Positions 27,707 through 37,457 of a stretch of DNA of 64,000 bases are shown here, piece by piece. Source of the DNA: a virus. Taxonomy: Duplodnaviria; Heunggongvirae; Uroviricota; Caudoviricetes. The DNA lies in IMG/VR virus record IMGVR_UViG_3300028888_000102; one strand, given 5' to 3'. The notes beneath the pieces were generated by a model. That model had not been told where the DNA came from and made no database searches. It saw only the letters and a program-made list of their open reading frames with translations. Every line of letters starts with the position of its first letter. Position 1 is the first letter of the stretch. The translations under genes and the position numbers were made by a program.

Positions 27707-28567
27707 TTAAAACGCTTTTATGAACCATTCCTCTTGGGACAAATCCTTTACTTTGACAAGTTCATATGTCCCATCCTCTTTCAACCAAATCAGTCTGCAA
27801 CCCTTCACGTCTAATCCAATGTTCCTCAAACAAAGCGCATACATAGATAACTGTAACGTATATAATGAAAGGTTCTCATCATACATGTTTTGGAATGGCT
27901 CTAAAAGGTATTTACCATTTGTTCTGCTATAATCATCCATAAGAGCCTTATTTGTCTTCCAATCCAAAATTACCAAACCACTCTTACTGTCATCCTCAGG
28001 GTCTTGATAATAACACAAAAGGTCAAACGTACCCGCAAACTGGTTTACAACCCGATACTTCTCATCATCTGTCTTGTTAGCATATACCTTCGTCTCAGCA
28101 AGCACAAAATGAAGATTTTCAGGAAACTCGTCATAGAATTTTAGTACAGCCTCTTCTTTCGGTCTTGTCGGTATCAGCCATCCCCTTTCCTCTACATACT
28201 TGCACCTGTTATTTGGTGTAATGAGTTCAGGATGTCCGTTCCTCAACCATCCAAGCGATTCACCGTATTCATGTACACATGTACCTGTTGTTGTAGCCCT
28301 AAGATTGTTGAATTTCCACTTGTCAAGCCAATACTGTGCAGTAAATCCATTCTTTTCTGCATAATTTATGGCCACTTCATTAAAATCTGTCTCAGCCTGA
28401 AACTTATGTGTCACAGTAGTAACACTTGGGAGTTCAACACCATCAAGATAATACTTATGCGGGCCTTCCTCAAAGATAAGCCCGCTGAAACTGTTAATGA
28501 TTTTTTCCCTAATCTCGGTAACAATCTTCGGCTCACCCTTTACTGTAAGTTTCTTTTTCTTCGCCAT
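27707..28567 (-). CDS. RecB-family PD-(D/E)xK exonuclease (YqaJ/lambda-Exo/Cas4-like); start MAKKKK at 28567
   Basis: GTFDLL...LVILDWKT (D...D-W-K) and QLSMYALCL (QxxxY) motifs; track start 28615 lies upstream of promoter motif, so re-set. Confidence 0.6.
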   Translation of the reverse strand: MAKKKKLTVKGEPKIVTEIREKIINSFSGLIFEEGPHKYYLDGVELPSVTTVTHKFQAETDFNEVAINYAEKNGFTAQYWLDKWKFNNLRATTTGTCVHEYGESLGWLRNGHPELITPNNRCKYVEERGWLIPTRPKEEAVLKFYDEFPENLHFVLAETKVYANKTDDEKYRVVNQFAGTFDLLCYYQDPEDDSKSGLVILDWKTNKALMDDYSRTNGKYLLEPFQNMYDENLSLYTLQLSMYALCLRNIGLDVKGCRLIWLKEDGTYELVKVKDLSQEEWFIKAF

Positions 28568-28582
28568 TTTATTTTTCTTTTG

Positions 28583-28598
28583 TTGCAAATATACTACA
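28583..28598 (-). promoter_or_regulatory. conserved promoter motif TTGCAAATATACTACA
   Basis: 16 nt upstream of ATG 28567. Confidence 0.6.
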
Positions 28599-28624
28599 CA
28601 TTTCCCTAAAAACAAAGGAAAACG

Positions 28625-30211
28625 TCATTTAATTTCAACAACGTTATCCTTGTTAACTATGACTTCATGATTATATGCAACCGCTGGTTCCATCTCGCGT
28701 TCAAACGGTTTTTCTTTTGATTCACCACATATATGCTGATGTATAACTACATTTTGTATGCCACCATGCATGTGGATGAAACAATTATTTCCCATAAACG
28801 TATTATACATGTTGTCCTTTTCCATGTCTATAAATGAGCAATTGCTGTATAACCTATTATTGCAACAGTTGTCGCCAAAACTATTCTCAATACATTCGTT
28901 TTCAAAAATATTGTTCTTGCAATTAGTGCTAAAATAATTTTTTGAACACATATTTCCAAAGCAATTACCATGTGAATCAAACAGTTCATTTCTTATGCAG
29001 CCAAGTCTAAACATGTTATACTTGCTTGATTTTAATGTATTATTGACACATGCATCTTTAAAATTATTTCCACTTGATTTTTCAAGAAAATTGCCACAAC
29101 AATGAGTTTCAAAAAAATTGTTTGAGGATTCATCAATAGAATTGTCGCTTGACATATCGCCAAACCTGTTATTATTGCACTTGTTTGTTAATGTATTTGC
29201 GTTGCAGAATCTACCAAACGTATTAAGTGAACAATTTCCATACAATGAATTATATTGGCAGTCCTCATAGAATATATCATATGTGCTATTCCCACACAAT
29301 GTATTTCCAATACATCCACCCCTTAAAATGTTATAACTTATATTTGCTATTTTAATAGTGGCTTTCCCACCTTCTTTTCTTTCCCAATATGAAGGAAAAC
29401 CGACAAATACGTTATCATTCAAAGTTAATTTACCTTCTTTGCTTCTGGCCGGAAAGATTACATTGCCAAAACACATATCATTTCCGTATCGGTCACTAAG
29501 TTTGAATGGATACTTGAAAGGTTCAACCGTAATATCACACACCCAAAGATGGGTATAATGCTCAGACTTACTTTCGGTTGGTTCAAGGACTTGATTTCCG
29601 TATCTAAGAGTACTGAAGGTATAATAAAATTCACTTTTTTCGTATTCAACATCTTTTGAATGAGATATTTCTGTTTCTCTATCTATGTTTCCATATAAGA
29701 TAGCATTTTCTTTCTTTTCCCCCTTTACTGCCCATCTTTTAAACATGATATTTTTAAAATCATAAGGTGCCTTGTTTCCAAACTCATCAGACATAAAATA
29801 GATAACACCCTTTCCATGTGTTAAATCCGCCCATTCATACTTTTCGGTATTATTCTCGATATCATAATATATCACCCATGCATTCATATCTGCGTTTTTA
29901 AAGTATTCATCGCCTTCATGTGGTAATGCTTTAACCTCTCGTGAAAACTCGTTTTCGGAAACAGGTGTTAGGAGTAAATCAAAATGATGTAATCCGCTTT
30001 GGGTGTTTTTTTGACTTGTTAACGTAACATAATCAATCATACGATACTTCTTTGACGTATCCAACAACCCATTACGTTTCAAATTTAATATGCTAACGTA
30101 ATCCATTAACAATACGCTTTCAACGGTTTCTTCTTCTTTTATTTCCTGAACAGGAACTTCTGTACTTGTTTGTTTTGGCTCTTTAAAAAAAGCCTTAAAT
30201 ATATTTTTCAT
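28625..30211 (-). CDS. Cys/Asn-rich nonapeptide tandem-repeat protein (528 aa)
   Basis: more than 14 consecutive 9-10 residue units NN(F/L)xxxxC(x) in C-terminal half. Confidence 0.6.
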   Translation of the reverse strand: MKNIFKAFFKEPKQTSTEVPVQEIKEEETVESVLLMDYVSILNLKRNGLLDTSKKYRMIDYVTLTSQKNTQSGLHHFDLLLTPVSENEFSREVKALPHEGDEYFKNADMNAWVIYYDIENNTEKYEWADLTHGKGVIYFMSDEFGNKAPYDFKNIMFKRWAVKGEKKENAILYGNIDRETEISHSKDVEYEKSEFYYTFSTLRYGNQVLEPTESKSEHYTHLWVCDITVEPFKYPFKLSDRYGNDMCFGNVIFPARSKEGKLTLNDNVFVGFPSYWERKEGGKATIKIANISYNILRGGCIGNTLCGNSTYDIFYEDCQYNSLYGNCSLNTFGRFCNANTLTNKCNNNRFGDMSSDNSIDESSNNFFETHCCGNFLEKSSGNNFKDACVNNTLKSSKYNMFRLGCIRNELFDSHGNCFGNMCSKNYFSTNCKNNIFENECIENSFGDNCCNNRLYSNCSFIDMEKDNMYNTFMGNNCFIHMHGGIQNVVIHQHICGESKEKPFEREMEPAVAYNHEVIVNKDNVVEIK

Positions 30212-30245
30212 AACAAATTATTTTGTTTATAATATAAATAGATTT

Positions 30246-30260
30246 TTGCAAATATACTAC
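30246..30260 (-). promoter_or_regulatory. conserved promoter motif TTGCAAATATACTAC
   Basis: upstream of ATG 30211. Confidence 0.6.
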
Positions 30261-30337
30261 TTTTTTTACAATTATCAAAACAAATATGGACAAGCCCATT
30301 TGAGTTTGCCCATATTTTGTGTATAAGTCATTTTTAA

Positions 30338-30649
30338 TTAGATGTTTTGTAATGCGGTTTCAATTTGTCCCAATTGTTCTGCAATTTCTTCAAACCGTTC
30401 AGTCACGTTTTCAGTAAGAGTATTAAGTCTGTTATCAAGGTCTGCCATTCCAGCGGAAGTTGCGAGTTCGTTATCCAAGATAATATTGATATTGGGGAAT
30501 GATACTATCTCACCATCACTGTTCTTAATAAATAATGTTTCGCCACCAGTCGAATAGTTAACTGCAATTTCACCAAAAAGTAAGTCACTTGCGTTTGGTG
30601 CTTTGTTTAGTTGAGAACTTTTAATGTGTTGTAAGTGTTTTCTTGCCAT
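30338..30649 (-). CDS. hypothetical protein (103 aa); N-terminus resembles conserved tail-fibre N-terminal motif (weak)
   Basis: DLLFGEIAVNYSTGGETLFIKNSDGEIV, C-terminal coiled coil. Confidence 0.5.
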   Translation of the reverse strand: MARKHLQHIKSSQLNKAPNASDLLFGEIAVNYSTGGETLFIKNSDGEIVSFPNINIILDNELATSAGMADLDNRLNTLTENVTERFEEIAEQLGQIETALQNI

Positions 30650-30976
30650 TTCTTAAATCTTTTTCCTTTTATTTTTTTTATGTTTTGAGCAAAAGGAAAA
30701 CCACGGCAAAATATCTCACCATTAAAAATTCACGAAAAACCAGACTAAATAGTAGGATAAAAATCCATTTTCAACACCATTAGTGTTTATTGCGATACAA
30801 TTGGCAAAAGTGCCGGCTACTATATCTGTCGTTGAATTTCTTTTGCTTTATTCATCATATATAAATAGCTACATCATAAACAAAACAAAGGATGCACCCT
30901 AAAAAGGATGCACCCTAAGTTCACAATTCATTCACGTTTTAGATTTCCGACTTCTCAAGCACCTGTACCCATAGGT

Positions 30977-33019
30977 TTAGTCCTTATTTTCAGTCTTTGG
31001 CTTCAGTTGCTCAGTCTTAGGAGCGGGAATTTCAGTACCCTTCTGACCAATACCGAACAAGTCCTTAAACTGCTCCTTGAAGCCCTGTGCAAGCATATCC
31101 ATACCCGGAGTGAAGTTCTCCATGAACGACTTAACAAACTGTGCTCCCGTATTGGTATCGCCATAGATAGTGATGTTGGCATCTTTAAGGCCTGACAGCA
31201 TTTCTTCCATAGAGCCTGCAATATGCTTGTATTCGTCAACCATTTTGTAGTTCACTGCAAGTGAAGGATTCTCGGCTGCTGCTTCCATCATAGCCTTAAA
31301 CGCCATTGCAGGTGCCATCTGAATTTGCTGTTCCTTATGTGCCTCAGCCAACAGGCTTGCTTCCTTACCCTCAGCCTCAGCAAGCAACAACTTCTTACGA
31401 CCTTCTGCCTCGGCTTCAAGTCTCATCTTGGTTGCTTCGGCTTCACCTTTTGCCTTCTGCAAAATCTGCTCTTTCAAAGCCTCTGCTTCAAGAATCATCT
31501 TCTGCTTTTCTGCCTCAGCACCGATGATAATCTTCTCCTTGGCCTTCTGTGCCGGAATAATCTCTGTTGCATTCAACTTGGCTTCATTGGCTTCTGCCTC
31601 GGCATCATTTACTTGCTTCTGACGTTCCTGACGTGTCTGCTCAACAGACATCTCAGCCTCAACAGCGGCGGTCTTTGTCACCTTATCAGCATCAGCATCT
31701 GCCTTACCTGCTTCTGCGCGAGCCTTAGCAACGTCAATCTTTGCCTTCTGCTCTGCTACACCTGCCTTACGTCCTGCCTCTGCTGCACGTTGACGCTTGT
31801 CAGACTCATACTCGGACCGCTTTGCTTCCTTTTCCTGTGTTGCCTTAATGGTTTCGGCTTCTCGATTCTGTTCTGCCTGTGCAATACGAACTTGCTTCAA
31901 GGCCTCCTGCTCGTTCTGCGTTGCCTCAGCGTCGGCGCGTGCGGTTGCAACATTCTTGGTCTGCTCGGCAAGAGAATTTGCACGGTTTGTCTCACCTTCG
32001 GCTTCTGCTGCTGCAACTGCGGTTTTCTTACGTGCTGCGGCTTCTGCCTTCTTTGACTCTGCATCTGCATCTGCTGCGGCTACATTAGCTGCCTGACGTG
32101 CTGCGGCTTCTGCCTTCTTTGACTCTGCATCTGCCTCAGCATTTGCCACTGCTGCGGTCTTTTCTGCTTGCTGTTCTGCAATACCCGACTCACGCTCACG
32201 TTCTGCTTTTGCTAACTGCACCTGCTTGTCACGTTCTGCCTCAGCAACACCGACTTCCTGTTTCTGCTTTGCCTGTGCAACGTTAATTGCTCTCTCCTGC
32301 TCGGCTTCTGCTACCTGAATGGCCTCTTCCTTCTTGGTGTTGGCAATCTGAACGTTACCCTTCTTCTGCTGGTCAGCGATGTCGGCCTCGGCCTGTGCCT
32401 GTGCCTTAGTAGCAGCCTTCTTACCTAAGTTCTTGATGTAGTTTGCATCATCGGTAATCTCAGAAATGTTGATATTGGTGAGTTCAAAACCGACCTTCTT
32501 CAACTCTTCCTCAAGTGACTTTCGGATAGAGGTAAGGAACTTATCACGGTCAGCGTTAATTTCCTCGATTGGCATTGTTGCCATAACGCTACGTGTTTCA
32601 CCGACAAGAATCTTCTTAATCTGTTCCTCAATCTCCTGTGACTTTGCGCTCAAGAAGCGTGTTGCAGCATTCTGTTGTACCTGTTTGTCCTGACTGATTG
32701 CTGTCGTAAGAACAATTGGCAAGCGCATAGGAATTGCCTGAGAGTCAATACCATCCACTGTTGCCTCAATCTGCAATGGCTTCATTGACATCTTTTTGTA
32801 TGCCTGAATAATAGGCCATACAAACGAACCACCACCTTGGATTGCCTTAGAAGGAGTCTTGATTGACTTTCCATCTGCAGACTTAATCTTACCTGCCTTA
32901 CCATAAATGATAAGAAGTTCGTCAGGGGCTGACCTCTGATAGCGGGTCAAGATGAAAATAACACTGAGAATTGCAACAATTGCGATAATTGCGCCAATAA
33001 TAACTGTTTCGCTAAACAT
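30977..33019 (-). CDS. flotillin-like SPFH/band-7 protein (680 aa)
   Basis: N-terminal TM helix, SPFH domain, long Ala/Glu-rich EA-repeat region, C-terminal flotillin tail. Confidence 0.8.
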   Translation of the reverse strand: MFSETVIIGAIIAIVAILSVIFILTRYQRSAPDELLIIYGKAGKIKSADGKSIKTPSKAIQGGGSFVWPIIQAYKKMSMKPLQIEATVDGIDSQAIPMRLPIVLTTAISQDKQVQQNAATRFLSAKSQEIEEQIKKILVGETRSVMATMPIEEINADRDKFLTSIRKSLEEELKKVGFELTNINISEITDDANYIKNLGKKAATKAQAQAEADIADQQKKGNVQIANTKKEEAIQVAEAEQERAINVAQAKQKQEVGVAEAERDKQVQLAKAERERESGIAEQQAEKTAAVANAEADAESKKAEAAARQAANVAAADADAESKKAEAAARKKTAVAAAEAEGETNRANSLAEQTKNVATARADAEATQNEQEALKQVRIAQAEQNREAETIKATQEKEAKRSEYESDKRQRAAEAGRKAGVAEQKAKIDVAKARAEAGKADADADKVTKTAAVEAEMSVEQTRQERQKQVNDAEAEANEAKLNATEIIPAQKAKEKIIIGAEAEKQKMILEAEALKEQILQKAKGEAEATKMRLEAEAEGRKKLLLAEAEGKEASLLAEAHKEQQIQMAPAMAFKAMMEAAAENPSLAVNYKMVDEYKHIAGSMEEMLSGLKDANITIYGDTNTGAQFVKSFMENFTPGMDMLAQGFKEQFKDLFGIGQKGTEIPAPKTEQLKPKTENKD
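32031..32134. repeat. 66-bp direct tandem repeat inside flotillin gene
   Basis: cgtgctgcggcttctgccttctttgactctgcatctgc at 32031 and 32097; encodes ADAESKKAEAAAR twice. Confidence 0.7.
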
Positions 33020-33059
33020 AAGTTATTTAAAAATTAAAATTGTGAATAAAAAATGTTTG

Positions 33060-33599
33060 TTAAAAATAATATGTATTTGTTTCTTTATCTAACATTAATT
33101 TAACAAAATCACCAACATTATAAGTGCCTTCTGTTTCTTGTTTGACTTCAACACTTCTTACACCAAAGTTAGTAGAAACATTGACATGAAATGTACCATC
33201 TTGATGGTTTTCTGTAATTTTGCCCGTCATTCCGTCAAAATTTATTTGTTCATTATTATAATGGTCTGCTTTTAACGTTAATTTATACAGGTAGAAAAGC
33301 AATAAAGTTGTACACAATCCAACTAAAACAGCCCATGTATATTGTATAGTCGTAAAGTTATATAATACATATAGTGATTTGGTTTCCCAAAAACTTATAA
33401 CCGACAAATATGTTGAAAAACCGATAGCGAAATGTAATAACCCTTTGAAAGATAAGATTCCAGAAAGGTCGCTGTCGATATCTCCGTCAAGGTCAATAGA
33501 ACTCTCAATTCCGTCGAAAATCAATGATGCAATCCCCCTTAATAAGAACCATCCCAACGATAGAGCAAATAAAATGTAATACCAACACAAATATTCCAT
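33060..33599 (-). CDS. NfeD-like membrane protein (short form) partner of flotillin
   Basis: three TM helices then C-terminal beta-rich domain GKITENHQDGTFHVNV...VGDFVKLM; immediately upstream of flotillin as in yqiJ-yqiK. Confidence 0.6.
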   Translation of the reverse strand: MEYLCWYYILFALSLGWFLLRGIASLIFDGIESSIDLDGDIDSDLSGILSFKGLLHFAIGFSTYLSVISFWETKSLYVLYNFTTIQYTWAVLVGLCTTLLLFYLYKLTLKADHYNNEQINFDGMTGKITENHQDGTFHVNVSTNFGVRSVEVKQETEGTYNVGDFVKLMLDKETNTYYF

Positions 33600-33614
33600 A
33601 TGTTTATAAAATTT

Positions 33615-33839
33615 TTAAAGTTTTTCAAATTGTTTTGTTAAATTTTCAATTCTCTCTTCCAATTTCTTTCGTACATTGCCAATACCCATTAGTTCAACAA
33701 AGTATTGTGCACTACGGTCAACAAAAAATGGCGTTTTAAGTGTACCGTCATACACACCGTTCAACTCTTCAAGATAAATCTTGGCATTATCCAATTTGTT
33801 CTTTATTTCTTCGGCTGTTTTAAATTTTTCTTCAGTCAT
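33615..33839 (-). CDS. hypothetical protein (74 aa)
   Basis: ORF. Confidence 0.45.
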   Translation of the reverse strand: MTEEKFKTAEEIKNKLDNAKIYLEELNGVYDGTLKTPFFVDRSAQYFVELMGIGNVRKKLEERIENLTKQFEKL

Positions 33840-33911
33840 AATTCTTTTGTTTCAATGCTGCAAAATTAGTGCCAATTTTTTTCTTGGCAAATTTTTTTTC
33901 GTTAAGAAACG

Positions 33912-34958
33912 TTAATGAATGATTTTTTCTCTCAAATAACCGCTCTCAACTACCTCTCTACCAACAATTTCAACAACTTTTTCAAGCGTAAGGTCACAAT
34001 ACTCGTCAATCCAATCACAAATGTAATATAACTTATTGCTTCCTGCAATCATACCGAAAAGGATTGGGTCTTTTCGTTTATACCTTTCCTCGGCGGTCTC
34101 CAAATAAACCATACCATCTGGGTCATAATACATCACACAATAATTGTCAAAGACATGAAGTTTGTCAGCCTCATTTTTCTTACGCATTGCCTCAACTGGT
34201 ATCATCCTTGAATAGTTCTGCAGGTAAGTCAAAGATAACCCCTTTGGCGATTTCTTGGCGAGTTGAACGACAACTTCCTCGGTGAGTACCTTATAATAAT
34301 TGTTGACGAACAGAACCGACTCGTACTTGTTTACAATAAGGTTTGAAAGCAGTTTCTCTTTAAGTGCGGTTTGACCGTTTCTCTCGGCATAACCAATGCA
34401 CTCTATGTATTCCTTAACACGGTTAACATACTGTTCCTTGTTATGTTCCCCTGTTATGCCCTTTACAGCAGAAAAGAAACCAACAACATCAAATTCGTCA
34501 CCATCTTCTTTCTTAGATGAAGTAAAGTATTTCTTAATCTTCTCAATGAAAGAATGTAAACCTTTTGATTTGTTGTCCATGTTAGATATTAAGACTCCTG
34601 TACTTCCACCTATTATATTATTTGATAAGTTTGTAAAACCAAACAACTGGTCGTAAAGTCTCTTATTCGTCTTTTCAACGAAAAATGTAAATTCGTCAAT
34701 ATTGAAGTCCTTATTGCTTAAAAATTCAACAAGTTCTTCATAAATTGGTTTATCAACTTCCCGTTTAATACCAAATGAAACAACATTTTCGCTACTATCA
34801 ATTATAGGGTGTAATGAACCATCGGGGTCGAAATCTTCTTCCCTAACCTCTTTCTTGTCACCCTTATCAATTGCCTTATACTTTGGCAAATTCTTGTCCA
34901 CCTTAATGTCTTGCAGTAAGGCAACATGTTCTCTGTCTTTCGTTAAAAGTTCTGCCAT
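33912..34958 (-). CDS. hypothetical protein (about 348 aa; start MAELLTKD at 34958)
   Basis: promoter motif lies inside track ORF 5' end, so start re-set. Confidence 0.55.
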   Translation of the reverse strand: MAELLTKDREHVALLQDIKVDKNLPKYKAIDKGDKKEVREEDFDPDGSLHPIIDSSENVVSFGIKREVDKPIYEELVEFLSNKDFNIDEFTFFVEKTNKRLYDQLFGFTNLSNNIIGGSTGVLISNMDNKSKGLHSFIEKIKKYFTSSKKEDGDEFDVVGFFSAVKGITGEHNKEQYVNRVKEYIECIGYAERNGQTALKEKLLSNLIVNKYESVLFVNNYYKVLTEEVVVQLAKKSPKGLSLTYLQNYSRMIPVEAMRKKNEADKLHVFDNYCVMYYDPDGMVYLETAEERYKRKDPILFGMIAGSNKLYYICDWIDEYCDLTLEKVVEIVGREVVESGYLREKIIH

Positions 34959-34977
34959 ATCGTTCAAATTTTTTGTA

Positions 34978-34992
34978 TGCAAAGATACTACA
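34978..34992 (-). promoter_or_regulatory. promoter motif TGCAAAGATACTACA
   Basis: 20 nt upstream of ATG 34958. Confidence 0.55.
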
Positions 34993-35030
34993 CTTTGATT
35001 TATTGACAAAATTTCAAAGGTTAAAAAGTG

Positions 35031-35759
35031 TTAATCGTCTTTATTTTCCACATAATCACTCATGAAGTCCATGATTTGTCCGTAATGTGGATTGTTGGAC
35101 CTTGGCATCATTCTCAAAATCATATCGGCATCCTCGTCAACCTCGCCGAAAATCTTAGCGAGAATAAGTCCCCAATGACGTGCCCCATCATAACTTCCAT
35201 CAAACAATGCCTGAAAAACTTTACCTTCAATGCTTCTCATTTCATTAAGTTGCTCTTCACTCAAACTTGCCCTGCACTGTAGGCCAAGATAAAACGCAAA
35301 AAGCCATTCGTTTTCCAATGCATCAGCACACTTCCCCTCAAATCTTAGTAATCGATGCCATAACCCATCGTTTCTTCCACGCAAATAATTTGACAGTTCG
35401 TTGTCAACGATTTCGTTTTTCCGCTTTTTTATGCCTTGAGTAAGGTCATACAACATACCGTCTACGGCAGGTTTTGCCATTATCTCGGTAATGATTGCCT
35501 TCATACTTGCACATACCTCTGCGCGTCCCTCTGAAACCCAAGCCTCCTTTGTGGTAGTCCACATGTTCCTACGCTCATCCTCACGTATTTTGTCAACCTG
35601 TTTCAGATATTCCTCAATGGCTCTATTTAATTTCTCAATCGCTTTGGATACCCTAAGTTGATATTCGGCTTCAACATAAAGAGACATCTCACCATCATTA
35701 AGGAGTTCATTCATTAACTCCCGTTTTTCCTCTGCCGTTAGTTTTTCTATGTCAACCAT
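35031..35759 (-). CDS. hypothetical protein (242 aa)
   Basis: ORF. Confidence 0.55.
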   Translation of the reverse strand: MVDIEKLTAEEKRELMNELLNDGEMSLYVEAEYQLRVSKAIEKLNRAIEEYLKQVDKIREDERRNMWTTTKEAWVSEGRAEVCASMKAIITEIMAKPAVDGMLYDLTQGIKKRKNEIVDNELSNYLRGRNDGLWHRLLRFEGKCADALENEWLFAFYLGLQCRASLSEEQLNEMRSIEGKVFQALFDGSYDGARHWGLILAKIFGEVDEDADMILRMMPRSNNPHYGQIMDFMSDYVENKDD

Positions 35760-35873
35760 TTTCTGCTGATTCCTTAAGGTCGTTTATTGCTTCAAGAACA
35801 ACATCAAGTTCTTCCACTGTTAAATCACTCAGTTCCTCCAACCAATAACCTTTGTTTGTCATAATAGTTCGTT

Positions 35874-36080
35874 TTAATAAATTGAAATAAAATTTGGTTC
35901 ACCAAATACATGCTTCTCAACCTGCGGTTCATACATGTCACAGAAGCCTTCGTATTGTACCCATGTCTTGATTGGCAGATTGCCATGCCTGATACGGAGT
36001 TTAAGAAGTTTCCATATCATTTGCATTACGGTCATTTCTTTCGGCTCTCTATTACCATCCTTATTGTTGTACCCTTTCAT
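35874..36080 (-). CDS. hypothetical protein (68 aa)
   Basis: ORF. Confidence 0.35.
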   Translation of the reverse strand: MKGYNNKDGNREPKEMTVMQMIWKLLKLRIRHGNLPIKTWVQYEGFCDMYEPQVEKHVFGEPNFISIY

Positions 36081-36795
36081 TCTTTTTTCTTTTTAATGTT
36101 TTAAATTCTTTCTCGCGTTCTTTATTCAATTTCTCTTTCACATAATAAAAAGCCTTGTCATAGTCTTTTTCGTCTGGATATAATTTAATTGATTTAGCGA
36201 TATGTTCCTCAAGGTTAAACATATTCCAATAACCATGAAATTCATGTAGAAGATAACGTTTGGTGGGATGCATTTTGCCCCATATATCAACTAAGGCGTT
36301 GTCATAACTAAGATGTTTATTAATATCATGAGTTATAACGTATTTTGTAACCCTGTCTACATCACCATTCCACTCTTTCATGTGTCCTTTGACATCCCGA
36401 TAAATTTCCTCATATGTATATGTAAACCCGTCAATGCTTTCCTTTTTACCCGACTTCTCAATTATCTCGTTTGTCAACCTAATCAATTCAACATCATAAT
36501 CAAAAAGTTCATCCAATTGTTTCTGTGTAGTTTCCGGATAATATTCCCTAATGAAGTCACATATATCATTGTAATTGTTCTCCATTTGGGCAATCCGATT
36601 GAACTTATTGGCATCACTATCACATACAGGTATCGCATTATATACAGCAAGGGTCATTTCTTCATCCGCTCCAAAACAACCAGGTGCTAATCTGAGTGTT
36701 TCTTTATTTGGCATTGTGCTGTAAAAACAAAACCAACCATTCTCTTCGTTTTGATAAAACCATAACCCCCCATTTTTGGATTTATAGATTTTCAT
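36061..36795 (-). CDS. hypothetical protein (244 aa)
   Basis: ORF. Confidence 0.55.
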   Translation of the reverse strand: MKIYKSKNGGLWFYQNEENGWFCFYSTMPNKETLRLAPGCFGADEEMTLAVYNAIPVCDSDANKFNRIAQMENNYNDICDFIREYYPETTQKQLDELFDYDVELIRLTNEIIEKSGKKESIDGFTYTYEEIYRDVKGHMKEWNGDVDRVTKYVITHDINKHLSYDNALVDIWGKMHPTKRYLLHEFHGYWNMFNLEEHIAKSIKLYPDEKDYDKAFYYVKEKLNKEREKEFKTLKRKKNERVQQ

Positions 36796-37454
36796 ATTTC
36801 AAGACGTTTAGAAATGCCGCAAGCGTCAATAATTGGTTGGAGTTCTTCAATGCTTTCAACTATTCCAATAAACCTTGATACCGTTGTGTAGTTATGCATT
36901 TCAACACATATCCAATTTTCACGATTGTCATTAAATTTAATAATGATTTCACTTGAAATCTTTTTACCCCAACTGTTATCTAACCATATGTATGTGTTCT
37001 TATCATACTGATTCTGAAAGTCTTCTTCTTGCTGTACAAACCCATTTCTTATAAGGGTTTGCCTTAATTCGTTAACCCACCCAAGTTCGGTTTTGCACTC
37101 ATCATCATCTTCTGCTACGTCATTGATTATCGTATATCCAGTATCTAATTTCATACATTCTCTCATAGTGTTACTGCATTTATTTAGCAAGTCCCACATA
37201 ATCTTCTCGTCGGAAAGAAAAATGTTTTCAATGGCAACTCTGTCTGTCGTTACCAAAATACGTGTGTTTTCTCCTTTATTCTTTACATTAATAGCATTAA
37301 CATATCCGTATTTCGGATTGAATTGACATACTTCGTTATCATAGTCAAAAAATAAGAACCCACAACTGTCGCAGTCATTAACTACGCACTTTGTGACTGT
37401 TCTTTTAAGTCTATCATAGACGTAAATGTAAATTTTCTTTTCTGTAACTTTCAT
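36792..37454 (-). CDS. hypothetical protein (220 aa)
   Basis: ORF. Confidence 0.55.
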   Translation of the reverse strand: MKVTEKKIYIYVYDRLKRTVTKCVVNDCDSCGFLFFDYDNEVCQFNPKYGYVNAINVKNKGENTRILVTTDRVAIENIFLSDEKIMWDLLNKCSNTMRECMKLDTGYTIINDVAEDDDECKTELGWVNELRQTLIRNGFVQQEEDFQNQYDKNTYIWLDNSWGKKISSEIIIKFNDNRENWICVEMHNYTTVSRFIGIVESIEELQPIIDACGISKRLEI

Positions 37455-37457
37455 AAA

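Noticed and set aside
31325-32056. 243-aa Cys/Leu-rich plus-strand ORF (and several neighbours) antisense to the flotillin gene
   Set aside because: These are artefacts of the GC-rich, Ala/Glu codon-repeat sequence on the opposite strand. They lie entirely inside the well-supported flotillin CDS.
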